From an uncultured Fibrobacteraceae bacterium (lineage in GTDB: Bacteria > Fibrobacterota > Chitinivibrionia > Chitinivibrionales > Chitinispirillaceae): a DNA stretch of 24,668 nt. Below are positions 1-9,296 of this stretch, in pieces. Numbering within the stretch: position 1 is the first letter of the stretch; the number at the start of each line of letters is the position of its first letter. The stretch lies in contig CAZGVZ010000001.1 in NCBI GenBank assembly GCA_964529145.1, positions 1-24,668 on the forward strand. The letters run 5' to 3'. Made by a program: the position numbers and the translations under genes. The notes under the pieces are model-generated. The model had not been told where the DNA came from and made no database searches. It saw only the letters and a list, made by a program, of their open reading frames with translations.

Positions 1-412
1 ATGGACGGTGGTAGTTGGCTCTCCAGATACCTGTTCCGGGAAAAGAAGTGCGATCGATATATCGGGGATCCTGAAGACATAAAGACAGGTGTATTTTTAT
101 ACGTGTGGTATTTATAACCCTCGGTTCCGACCGTTATACCGAACATTTCTTTTCTATCCGGGACCAGACATCCGCTGTTTTTCTATATATTATATAAAGG
201 TGCCTTAGTTGATTCGATTTCAGTGGAGCCGGGCGAAAAGTACACCTGCAAGGAGCACATGAGAAGCCGGTTCCGCTGAGGCGGGATTCGAGAGGTGCCA
301 AAGAGAGTTTCGAAATAGTGCTCACCTGAATTCTAACCATCTCCGCTTCCCCCTTAAGGAAGATGTAAAAAGTCAGGTGTGAGGGTACCAATTACAGAAA
401 GTGGTATAACCC

Positions 413-3400
413 ATGAAGTTACAGCTATTCAGGTATTGCATCGGATACGTTTTCTGCTTTGTTTTTGCCTCTTTTTCGCAGCTGCTTACCGATCCTCTAC
501 CCTATGCGCCAATCGCCAATCCTCTTCCGGACACGATGGATCAGTTATACAGGGATTCCATAAACCTCGTCTTTTCTCCTATCCGTATCAACCAGGCGGG
601 ATACAGAACTCAGGATAAGAAATATTTCTATTATGTCGGATCCGGAGCATCGAATTTCAGTGTAATAAACGAGTCCGGAACAGCGGTAGGTACCGGGTCG
701 TTGCGATCGACAGGCCAGAGCGCTTCCGGTCAGCTCAGGATCAAGGCTTCGAACAATGCACAGCTGGTCAACAATGGCGATACCAGATATATCATGGAAG
801 GTCGTATCTACTCTGGAACGATCATGGAAGGTGAAATTCCCGACCTCCCTCCGGGAGTGTACCGGGTGGTTGTCGGTACCAACACTTCTGTTCCTTTCGT
901 AATAGACGAAAAGATCTATAGCTGGGTACGTGATGCGCTGCTGAAGTTCTATGGTGCCAATCGATGCGGAGATTCTAATTCGTGGTTTCATCCACCCTGC
1001 CATCTCAAGGATGCGGTGACAGGTGGATGGCATGATTGCGGAGATCATCTCAAAGAGGGTGCCACCATGGGGTATACGGCATCGGTGCTGGGCCTCGCCG
1101 CGGCGGTATTCGACAATCGTGACCAGGATGTCTACAGCGCAAACCAGGCCGTTACCCAGATCACAGATGGTATTCCCGATATTCTCTATGAAGCCAAGCA
1201 TGGTGCGGATTTTATTCTCCAGTCGTACGACAAGGCAGGGGGACAGGTTGCCGGCATGATCACTTCGGTGGGGAGTTTCCAGAATGATCATATGTGGTGG
1301 GGACGTCCTGAAAGTCAGGATAACATGCCGACCAAAAGGGGCGGTCCGCCTCGCGATGCCCGTAACGAGGTAACCTCAGATTACCTCGGCAACTATGCGG
1401 CGAACCTTGCCTTCGTCTCAAAACGGTACGAGCCGTACGATGCGGACTATTCCGCCAAATGTCTCAAGGCCGCGGAGGCAATCTACGCCTTTACCAAGAC
1501 CCGTATGGATCTTACCAACACCCCGGCTTACAATGGAGCTACAATCGTTTCCGACGACCTGGCGTTTGCCTGTCTTGCTCTGCTCTGGGCCACTGGTGAA
1601 CGGAAATATCTCGACGAATTGTGCTACGATAAAACGATCGGCGAAAAACAATCCGCTGCCGCATCACCCAAAGCGCTTTTCGAGGGTGGATGGTTCACCA
1701 ACAACGATCCGGTATTCACCAAGACGATGGCGAATACCGACTGGGGTTCGGTTCAGGCCCATGTGCTCTGGGGCTTTTACCGGTTGATCCTGGAGAACGA
1801 CTCCATGTGCACGTTGCTTCAAATCTCCGAATCGGAGCGGTTGAAACTGATGGAGAAAACCATGTATAACCTCATTTCGAATCTGGCGGGGGTCGGACAG
1901 GGAACACAGACGATCGAACTCCCCAATCACGGTATCTGGACAGGTTATACGGTCAAGTACGGACTCCCCTGGTTCACGATGCACACCCAGATGGAATGGG
2001 TATGGAATCGTTATCAGGCGGGCAACATCACCGAAATGTTCTACTATTATGATATCGCCTCCAGGATCCAGGGTATGGAGCTGCCCAATACCCCCGCCTC
2101 GACCGACTGGAAAGCGGATGAAGTCAAGACCATTCTGGTGAGAATGCTCGATTACCAGCTGGGAATCAACCCCTGGGACATCAGCATGATCTATGGAATC
2201 GGCGAGAAGAATTTCAATCATCCCCATCATCGCGCAGCCAATCCGGAGGGGAAGAATGTACCGGGAGCATTTTACCGTTACCGTCCGCCGGTGGGAGCCC
2301 TCCAGGGGGGATTTATGCCCACCACGTCGCTTTATGACGAATTCTGGTCCGATTACTTTCATTCGGAAACGGGTATCGATGGAACCACCAACATACTCAT
2401 GCCGGTCATCGGGCTCGCGAAGGACGATACACTCGGACCTCCGACTGCGACCGTAAGAATCGTGTATGTCGGCTGCAACGAGGCGGTCATCGAGATAAGG
2501 CAGTCGCGATTCGGAAACGCCACCGTGAGGTACGGGGCCGGAAGCGCTCTGGACAAGGTTCAGGGGTCGGATTCCACGGGGGTACTGCATCGTGTTACGC
2601 TCTCTGGATTGACACAGGGGACAACCTATATCTTCGATGTCGAGGTTTCCGATCTGTTCGGGAGAAGCTCGGTGATCAAATATATCGACGAGGAAAAAAA
2701 GCCGGTCTATTTTTCGTTCACCACGCTTCCGAACTGCCCCACAAACGCCGAAATTTCCAACGTGAAAGTATGCCGCGTCACTTCCGACAGCGCGGAAATC
2801 TTCTGGTATACACCCAACGGCAATTTCAACAGCAGGGTTGTGTACGGAGAACAGCGGCCGCCGACTACGGTTCATGAGGGAGACGTGACCGGGCTTCCGG
2901 CCAGGTTTCATTACGTGAAAATCGGCGGACTGAAGGAGCAGACGACCTATTACTTTTACGTGGAATCCGGTGAATCGCGTGATGACAACAACGGTCTTCT
3001 CTATCAGTTTACGACACCGGTGGAACATGTCAATTTCGACATACGGGCGCTGAGATATACATGGCAGGATATGGCTTCACTCGGATTCAATATTATCAAT
3101 CAAGATAAAAAAGCGTACGATTCACTCGATATCCGGATCTATTTCAGGGCCAAGGAGGGCTTCGAGAACGATCTCGCGGCCAGAATGGACATCGGTATCG
3201 TGTACCATGAGGATGGGTATCAGGCAGCATTCGAGGAAAACCAGGATATCCGCTACAATATCATGCACTCGCGTCCGGTAAAGATGGACGACACCTATAA
3301 TCCTGCGGACCAGACCTATGCATACTATTTTTCCATTCCGCTCTGGGGAGTGCAGATGAAGAGCGGGTCTCGGATAAGGCTCGATATTATATTTGACCGC

Positions 3401-3502
3401 CGCAGCCCCTGGCCGCCCTATGAAGACCTCATGAATCAGCCTCCCGAACACGTCATTACCGACCTGGACTGGAGCTTTGGCCCTCACAGCAGGGCCGGCT
3501 GA
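413..3502 (+). CDS. Glycoside hydrolase family 9 (cellulase) with signal peptide and Fn3-like modules; N-terminal part of a frame interrupted by an in-frame TGA
   Basis: 1029-aa ORF. Signal peptide MKLQLFRYCIGYVFCFVFASFS-Q, then an Ig-like lead-in (IRINQAGY). GH9 motifs GGWHDCGDHLK (DAGD-type), HPHHRAA and the catalytic-acid region DYFHSETGID. Two Fn3-like repeats follow (LHRVTLSGLTQGTTY; HYVKIGGLKEQTTYYFYV). The frame stays open after the TGA at 3500-3502. Confidence 0.9.
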   Translation: MKLQLFRYCIGYVFCFVFASFSQLLTDPLPYAPIANPLPDTMDQLYRDSINLVFSPIRINQAGYRTQDKKYFYYVGSGASNFSVINESGTAVGTGSLRSTGQSASGQLRIKASNNAQLVNNGDTRYIMEGRIYSGTIMEGEIPDLPPGVYRVVVGTNTSVPFVIDEKIYSWVRDALLKFYGANRCGDSNSWFHPPCHLKDAVTGGWHDCGDHLKEGATMGYTASVLGLAAAVFDNRDQDVYSANQAVTQITDGIPDILYEAKHGADFILQSYDKAGGQVAGMITSVGSFQNDHMWWGRPESQDNMPTKRGGPPRDARNEVTSDYLGNYAANLAFVSKRYEPYDADYSAKCLKAAEAIYAFTKTRMDLTNTPAYNGATIVSDDLAFACLALLWATGERKYLDELCYDKTIGEKQSAAASPKALFEGGWFTNNDPVFTKTMANTDWGSVQAHVLWGFYRLILENDSMCTLLQISESERLKLMEKTMYNLISNLAGVGQGTQTIELPNHGIWTGYTVKYGLPWFTMHTQMEWVWNRYQAGNITEMFYYYDIASRIQGMELPNTPASTDWKADEVKTILVRMLDYQLGINPWDISMIYGIGEKNFNHPHHRAANPEGKNVPGAFYRYRPPVGALQGGFMPTTSLYDEFWSDYFHSETGIDGTTNILMPVIGLAKDDTLGPPTATVRIVYVGCNEAVIEIRQSRFGNATVRYGAGSALDKVQGSDSTGVLHRVTLSGLTQGTTYIFDVEVSDLFGRSSVIKYIDEEKKPVYFSFTTLPNCPTNAEISNVKVCRVTSDSAEIFWYTPNGNFNSRVVYGEQRPPTTVHEGDVTGLPARFHYVKIGGLKEQTTYYFYVESGESRDDNNGLLYQFTTPVEHVNFDIRALRYTWQDMASLGFNIINQDKKAYDSLDIRIYFRAKEGFENDLAARMDIGIVYHEDGYQAAFEENQDIRYNIMHSRPVKMDDTYNPADQTYAYYFSIPLWGVQMKSGSRIRLDIIFDRRSPWPPYEDLMNQPPEHVITDLDWSFGPHSRAG

Positions 3503-3586
3503 GATCCGGTTGACTTTCCGGGTGTACCGATTCTTTCTAAAGATGCGGTTGACTCCAGTTATTGGAATCAGCCTATCAACAACTAC

Positions 3587-6034
3587 ATGACGGTGTACAG
3601 GAAAGGTGAATACGTCTGGGGTTATTCTCCCTCTCAGGAGGAGATGAAAACGAAAAAAACGTTTTACACAATGCAATCCCAGATAACATCCCCTCTTAAC
3701 AATCCGTCTGCGGATTATGTCTTCTACGAACGACCGATCCGTTCCGTAGATGTTTCCGGCTGGGCGACGGTAGAGCCCTCCGACGGCACACTCAACGAGA
3801 TCTGGGTCAATGGTGTGAAACTGGCGAATCCTGCCTCGCTGTTTGCGTGGAGCGAACCGGAAAAAAGGTATAACTTCACCATCCCCGTTCCGGTTCAGAA
3901 CGGCAGAAACATTGTCGACGTCACCCTCTTTTCCGGTCCTCCGCTGACCTGTGAAGAGTGTTACGGATGCGCGGTATCAAACCATCATTTCTATATCGAA
4001 TTCCAGGGGGCGAAACAGTACCCCTCTATCCTGGTACTCAGAGATGAGGCAATGCAGCCCGCAGGTGATACGATGAAACTGGACACATCGAAGTTTCACA
4101 TCCAGGTAACCGATCGCAATGGAAATCAGAATGGGAAATCTCCGGACCTGGTGACCGTGTGGATCAAGAATTTCGATAACAGCGACTCGATTTCCGTCAT
4201 CTTGAACGAAACGGGCGATTCCACGGGTATTTTCGTCACGTCTTCGCCCATATCTGTCGTGGACCGGATGCCGGAAGAAAGTGGTGCCGGACAGATCGCG
4301 ATGAATGGCGGCGACAGGGTAAGGATCTGGTATATCGATCCAACCGATTCGACCGATTCGTCGGAGGCGTATATAACGAGCAGGGCCACATTTCCGAGGG
4401 CGGTCCGCGGGTGGCTGAAGGACGTGAACGGAGACGGATCGGTGGACCACATGGTTGTCGAATACACAATCGCCGTGAAGGTGAATCCCGATTCCATCAG
4501 CGTCAATTTTCCCAGTTCCGGAACGACGATCATGACCAGGAACTCGGTCGACATGATGAATATCGAGGGCAGTCGCGTCACGGTCGGGTTCGCTCAACCA
4601 TTGGCAAACGGTATAACAGGATTCACTTCGGCGCTATATGGCTCCGGGATGTCCTATTTGACTAGTGGTGGACTGGTGAGAAGGTCCGTTTTCGAAGTGT
4701 ACGACAGCGTCGGCCCTGTGCTGAATGATCAGGCGGTCGTCAGTGAGCGGGGTGCCCCCGGAGACGACACTGTCGAGATCACGTTATCGGAGTTCGTCAA
4801 AAACACCGGACTGGCGGGCGAAGAGCTGTTTCTTCGAAGGGGTGGCATAGATCATCCAGTGACCGTTATCAGGATTCTTTCCGAAAATCCGGAACAATAT
4901 TCGATGACGGTGCTCTGCAACGTGGGAGAAACGAGTTTCACGGCCGGCGATTCCCTGCGGTTCAACAGTGCGGGTCAGGTTTCCGATTTCGCGGGGAACG
5001 GTCCGCATCCGGAAAACAGGGCGGTTCCAGTTAGGATAAAAGCGGCCCTCCCCCGGATTATCGACGCTTCTTACCTCGATACGAACGCCGACGGGATAAT
5101 AGACCTGGTCAGGATGGAATTCAGCAAGGATATCGATCTCGAACTCGTCGATATAGGTATAGAGTGGAACAGGCAAAAAATCGTCACCGTCGACAGTCTG
5201 TGTACATTCGTTCCCGGCAGTTCGGTGCAGATGACAATAGCAATCGGTGAATCATTCACAAATAACATAGTGGGAACGGGAGCGGCGGTACGCTGTGCCA
5301 TGGTGGCTTCGGGCAATTCCGCAGACACCATATTCACCGAGGTCAATGACGGGGCTGCACCGGTCATCGATTCGGCCTGGTTCAATCTCTACAGCGGCGA
5401 GTTAACCGGCGCTCCGGTTATCGATACGCTTCGGATCGCATTCTCGGAAACAACGGATTCGGAATCCGTGAAAACGATAACCGTTTTCGGCCTTATGAAT
5501 GGCCGGCAGATTCCATATACTTTCTATGTCGACAGCTGTCGCATGCTCACATTGAGGGATTACCTGTTTTATGGGAGAATCGAAGGGGTGGAGTTCCCCC
5601 GGACCGGAGACCTGATATGGCTTCATCCGACATCGTCGGTATCCGATGCCGGAGGAAACATACAGCAGTCGATCGATAACAGGCGGGCACCCGTCATTGT
5701 CTCTTTTGAAGTGGTAAAGCCGGGCAGCATCAAGAAATTCGTCTATCCCAATCCTTTCAACCCGGATAAGGGGCCTGTCATGATCAGGCTGGCGCCGCCG
5801 GTCGGTTTGCGTTTTCCCGTAGAAATCGATTCTTCGGCATGGATGGTTTTCTATGATAAAGTCGGCAATAAAATTACCGATAAAATACATTCGGTTCTTA
5901 ATGGCACCGATGCGGTCCTGTACTGGAACGGGATAAATAAAAAAGGTAGAAAAGTCGGCGAGGGCACCTATCTTTGTTATCTCTATTTCCTAGGTGAAAA
6001 AGAGAAGGTTCCTATCGGTGTGATCCGGGAGTGA
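3587..6034 (+). CDS. C-terminal part of the GH9 protein (same frame as 413..3502): beta-rich repeat modules plus a T9SS/FlgD-Ig-like C-terminal sorting domain
   Basis: 815-aa ORF in the same frame as 413..3502, with 28 open codons between the TGA and this ATG. No signal peptide or Shine-Dalgarno. Repeated DxNxDGxxD motifs (DVNGDGSVD, DTNADGIID). The C-terminus VYPNPFNP...FYDKVGNKI...YWNGINKKGRKVGEGTYL is typical of T9SS type A/FlgD-like CTDs. Confidence 0.75.
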   Translation: MTVYRKGEYVWGYSPSQEEMKTKKTFYTMQSQITSPLNNPSADYVFYERPIRSVDVSGWATVEPSDGTLNEIWVNGVKLANPASLFAWSEPEKRYNFTIPVPVQNGRNIVDVTLFSGPPLTCEECYGCAVSNHHFYIEFQGAKQYPSILVLRDEAMQPAGDTMKLDTSKFHIQVTDRNGNQNGKSPDLVTVWIKNFDNSDSISVILNETGDSTGIFVTSSPISVVDRMPEESGAGQIAMNGGDRVRIWYIDPTDSTDSSEAYITSRATFPRAVRGWLKDVNGDGSVDHMVVEYTIAVKVNPDSISVNFPSSGTTIMTRNSVDMMNIEGSRVTVGFAQPLANGITGFTSALYGSGMSYLTSGGLVRRSVFEVYDSVGPVLNDQAVVSERGAPGDDTVEITLSEFVKNTGLAGEELFLRRGGIDHPVTVIRILSENPEQYSMTVLCNVGETSFTAGDSLRFNSAGQVSDFAGNGPHPENRAVPVRIKAALPRIIDASYLDTNADGIIDLVRMEFSKDIDLELVDIGIEWNRQKIVTVDSLCTFVPGSSVQMTIAIGESFTNNIVGTGAAVRCAMVASGNSADTIFTEVNDGAAPVIDSAWFNLYSGELTGAPVIDTLRIAFSETTDSESVKTITVFGLMNGRQIPYTFYVDSCRMLTLRDYLFYGRIEGVEFPRTGDLIWLHPTSSVSDAGGNIQQSIDNRRAPVIVSFEVVKPGSIKKFVYPNPFNPDKGPVMIRLAPPVGLRFPVEIDSSAWMVFYDKVGNKITDKIHSVLNGTDAVLYWNGINKKGRKVGEGTYLCYLYFLGEKEKVPIGVIRE

Positions 6035-6058
6035 TACGCAGCAGTGGCGAACAGTGTA

Positions 6059-6772
6059 TCAAGTCATCATGTTTCCGGATAGGACAACGGAAAAGCCGAG
6101 GCGTTCCCGAATCGTGAAGTTCACGAAGAAAAGGGAGTAAACATACGCCACCAATTCATCGATAACCGAGCGGACGCCCTCACTCGATGTCCACCATCGG
6201 GAGGTATCGTAATTTCGGTTCACTATCGCGATAGACCCTACCTTGTATCCTTTTCCAAGCGCTTTTCTGAAGAGCAGGGCGCTTCTTCGCGTATGTGTCG
6301 AATGGGAATAGAGGATGAAACGTTTGAGAGGATTGCCGGTGCTGTCGATCCAGTTTTTGAAAGCGACTGCCGATGCATGTGTCCTGTCAACATTTACAAG
6401 ATCTGAAGGGACAGGGATAATGAGGGAATCAGGGTAGGAAAGCTCGCTAAGTGTCGCCGCACCAAGATCGGCATAGGTTCCATACTCCTTCAAATATGAT
6501 CCTGATTCGAGCGGCCCGCCGGTGACGAAAACCTTGACGGGTTTATCGTGATATTTTTTGACTATGGCGACAAAACAATAATCCGGAAGCCAGCCCTCGA
6601 CGATGAGCGCATCGGCAGGGACCGGTTTTATTGGTGCCAGAAAAGAATGAATGGAACTCATGAATGAAAAAGAAACGGCAAGGAAAAAGAAAAGAATCAG
6701 GAACCATCCTGTTCCGGTAGGAACGCAGCACTCTTTTTTCCGGAATAATGAATGAAAAGTCCTGTAGCCCAT
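6059..6772 (-). CDS. DUF218 / YdcF (ElyC/SanA)-like membrane-anchored protein, copy 1
   Basis: About 237 aa from ATG 6772 (GGAG upstream); the ORF extends to a TTG at 6835. N-terminal TM helix, LIVEGWLPD, VFVTGGPL, DRTHASA, SHSTHTRRS and C-terminal WW...SVIDELVAYVY. Confidence 0.7.
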   Translation of the reverse strand: MGYRTFHSLFRKKECCVPTGTGWFLILFFFLAVSFSFMSSIHSFLAPIKPVPADALIVEGWLPDYCFVAIVKKYHDKPVKVFVTGGPLESGSYLKEYGTYADLGAATLSELSYPDSLIIPVPSDLVNVDRTHASAVAFKNWIDSTGNPLKRFILYSHSTHTRRSALLFRKALGKGYKVGSIAIVNRNYDTSRWWTSSEGVRSVIDELVAYVYSLFFVNFTIRERLGFSVVLSGNMMT

Positions 6773-7113
6773 GTCACTCCAGATGGTTAGCCGAAGCCTA
6801 TAAAATATGTCAGGTGAATCCGTCTGTGGGTGCAATAATATACGCTCCGGTTGCGGAATTTGCGATGGAGCGGAATTTCAATACTGATTGAAGGTTTTAT
6901 CCGAACCGGGATGTGGGAATCCGGTCCTTTTCATCCTGCTTATATACTATATTCCTAGTTCAAGACCAGTCCGGACTAAAAAGCCCGGCACCAGAAGCGT
7001 ACTTCTGTGCCTGTTACCTGCAGACCGCGAGCTTTGGGTTGTTATTATCGTGAAGTCCAGGTTTTACGGGTTGAATCCGGTTCGGCATCCATATTACAGA
7101 GGAGAAGAACGAT

Positions 7114-9201
7114 ATGCTGAAAAGGAGCGCCATCCTGTTGCCACTGCTTTTATGCAGCTGTCTTTTCGAATCCGCCGACCAGGCTTTTGACAAAGGGATA
7201 AAACTGGCGAAGGAGGGAAAGGTAAAGCAGGCGTTCAAGTCTTTCAAATATGCCGCCAAAAAGGCTCCGGACAGCGCAAGATACCATTTCGCGGCAGCGC
7301 AAACCGCTCCCGACCAGAACAGTGCTTTCATGTATACGAAATATTCATGGGAACACGGCCTCAGGAACAGAGGGGTATTCCTTTCCCTTTTGAAATTGTC
7401 CCTTCATGTGGATAAGGCTAAAAAACTTGAGTATGCGTTGTCGTTATTCGGTGAGCTGCCCGACAGTGTGGCTACACCTCTGTTTAAGGGCGAGCTTTAT
7501 CTCGAGTTCGGCAGGCCGGACAGCGCGTATCTTGTCTGGAATGCCGAATTCCAACAAACGGAAAACAGCGCGCTGTGTCCGAAAGTTGCCCAGGCGCTTC
7601 TCGGTCTGGGGAAAGCGGATCACGCGGTCAGGTTTCTTGTGGACTGCAAGAAAAAAGGGATACTCGATTCAGAAGGGTACAGTCACCTTGCGGCACTGCT
7701 TGCCATGTTGTACAACTACAGGGAAGTCGACCGCCTTTTTGAAGAACTTTCGATGAGCAATAATTTTAACGATCAGTTGCGTATAGAAAATGCGACGTAC
7801 CTTGTCTTCAGTGACAGGTTCAAGGAAGCGGAACCACTCATAGATCGGCCCGCAGGGCCGGGAACTGCCGGAGCCAGGGCCCTGATCAATCTTCGTTTAC
7901 GCACTTTGAAGCTGTACAGTGCATTGATGCAGGGAAGTCGAAGTGCTGCCGATTCCATTTATGATGCGGTTCCTTCCGATACGATAATGAAAAAAGAGAT
8001 CAACCAACTCTTCGAAGCATTGAAAATTCTCGGGAAAAAAGATACCGGCTTCTATGAAGCCCTCAGGAAAGCTCGAGATCAGCTTCCGCCTGACCCCGTC
8101 ACCACTGTTATTTGTGCGCGGGCAGCCCTTTCACGAAAAATGTTCAAAGAGGCAGCGGCATTGTACGGGAAATTACCCGGCATTGTATTGTGGTCTCCAA
8201 GAATCGTCGCCGAACGCGCACAGGCGATGGCGCTGGCCGGCAATGATGATGATGCTTTAAAGATCATCAGTTTCATGCACAAACAGCGTGTATTTACGAG
8301 GCACTCTCTTGAACTGTTCAGGAATCTCACTCTCAAAAAGGATCTCGTAGAAAAGAGTGAGGCAGCTCAGAAATTGCTTGAAGAGCATTACGACAACGAT
8401 GTCAGTCTGAAGTGGAAAGGTCTTCTGCTCGCGATAAAAACGGAGAAAATCGATTCGGCTCTCTCGATCGCACGACAGCTTTCGACACAATATCCCGAGG
8501 ATGAGCGATTCGTTACCACGAAATTGACTCTGCTGCTGATGAAAGAGGAGTACCGGCAGGTTCTGGCCGAGATACAGAACAGTTCTATCCCTTCCGTCAA
8601 ACTAAAATCCATCGAGGCGGCAGCCTGGAAAGGTGTTGGAGATACCGCTCAGGCTATCCAGGCATACGAGCAGGCGATCGGTGTTCGCAGGGAACCGCTG
8701 CTGCTGATGCAACTCGCAGAAATGTATTTCCAAAAGAAAGCTTACGAGAAAGCAACGGGACTTTATACAGAGCTACTCGGCGATACCACGGAAACCCGCC
8801 TGAAAGACAGCCTGCAGGTGGCAATTCTACTGAACAACAATGCATGGACAATGATGACTGCGGGAAACCAGGATCTTACAGCTGCCCTGGCGATGGCCCG
8901 AAAGGCGTACGAACTCGTTCCCCAGAACCTTCATATCATCGACACGTACGCCTCAATTCTCTACCAGGCGGGAAAATACAAGGAAAGTATAGAACTGCTC
9001 GAAAAAAGCACTCTCGTACCAAGACAGAAACGTCTGCTTTGTCACCTGTCACGATCTCTGGAGAAACGGGGAGAGATCAACAAGGCGAAAAGATACCTGG
9101 AAGATGCATTGCTGCTCAAGGAAGGAGATCAGAAACTTTCGCCGCTGATGTCGGATTCCCAGATCAGGGAGGAAATCCGGAGACTCAGTGAAATAAAATA
9201 G
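7114..9201 (+). CDS. TPR-repeat (lipo)protein, PrsT-like (PEP-CTERM/exosortase system associated)
   Basis: 695 aa with GAGGAG RBS and lipobox-like LLLCSC. Multiple TPR helices. The C-terminal LNNNAW...ARKAYELVPQNLHIIDTYASILYQAG resembles the PrsT C-terminal TPRs. prsK-like and exosortase genes are nearby. Confidence 0.7.
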   Translation: MLKRSAILLPLLLCSCLFESADQAFDKGIKLAKEGKVKQAFKSFKYAAKKAPDSARYHFAAAQTAPDQNSAFMYTKYSWEHGLRNRGVFLSLLKLSLHVDKAKKLEYALSLFGELPDSVATPLFKGELYLEFGRPDSAYLVWNAEFQQTENSALCPKVAQALLGLGKADHAVRFLVDCKKKGILDSEGYSHLAALLAMLYNYREVDRLFEELSMSNNFNDQLRIENATYLVFSDRFKEAEPLIDRPAGPGTAGARALINLRLRTLKLYSALMQGSRSAADSIYDAVPSDTIMKKEINQLFEALKILGKKDTGFYEALRKARDQLPPDPVTTVICARAALSRKMFKEAAALYGKLPGIVLWSPRIVAERAQAMALAGNDDDALKIISFMHKQRVFTRHSLELFRNLTLKKDLVEKSEAAQKLLEEHYDNDVSLKWKGLLLAIKTEKIDSALSIARQLSTQYPEDERFVTTKLTLLLMKEEYRQVLAEIQNSSIPSVKLKSIEAAAWKGVGDTAQAIQAYEQAIGVRREPLLLMQLAEMYFQKKAYEKATGLYTELLGDTTETRLKDSLQVAILLNNNAWTMMTAGNQDLTAALAMARKAYELVPQNLHIIDTYASILYQAGKYKESIELLEKSTLVPRQKRLLCHLSRSLEKRGEINKAKRYLEDALLLKEGDQKLSPLMSDSQIREEIRRLSEIK

Positions 9202-9214
9202 ATCGTTGAGTTTT

Positions 9215-9242
9215 CTCGTCCGGATTCGGCAATCCGGGCGAG
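9215..9242. terminator. GC-rich hairpin between convergent genes (possible terminator)
   Basis: CTCGTCCGGATT-CGGC-AATCCGGGCGAG, a 12-bp stem with one G.T pair, between stops at 9201 and 9297. There is no clear U-tract on either strand. Confidence 0.4.
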
Positions 9243-9296
9243 TGTACTCTCTTCCCTCCGATTTTTCCTTGCTTCCGGAGAAAAACCGGGAGCCGC

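Noticed and set aside
6-17. CGGTGGTAGTTG at the window start and again at about 21000, resembling the repeat's GTGGTAGTTGA end
   Set aside because: Neither site has the hairpin arm, and shared 11-12-mers are expected by chance in 25 kb.
1-117. 38-codon open frame at the window start (MDGGSWLSRYLF...VWYL*)
   Set aside because: It could be the 3' end of an upstream gene, but it is too short and has no recognisable motif.
3500-3502. Genome-wide TGA reassignment (code 4/25) or selenocysteine as the explanation for the in-frame stop
   Set aside because: TGA ends several clear genes here (6034, 6059, 23368, 24315, 24445) and Trp is encoded by TGG. There is no redox-Cys context or convincing SECIS.
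545-5890. Long antisense and alternate-frame ORFs over the GH9 gene (e.g. 1664..3028, 545..1291, 3977..4597)
   Set aside because: Shadow ORFs of a GC-rich coding strand, with no motifs and fully overlapping a well-supported gene. The same applies to the short overlapping ORFs across the window.
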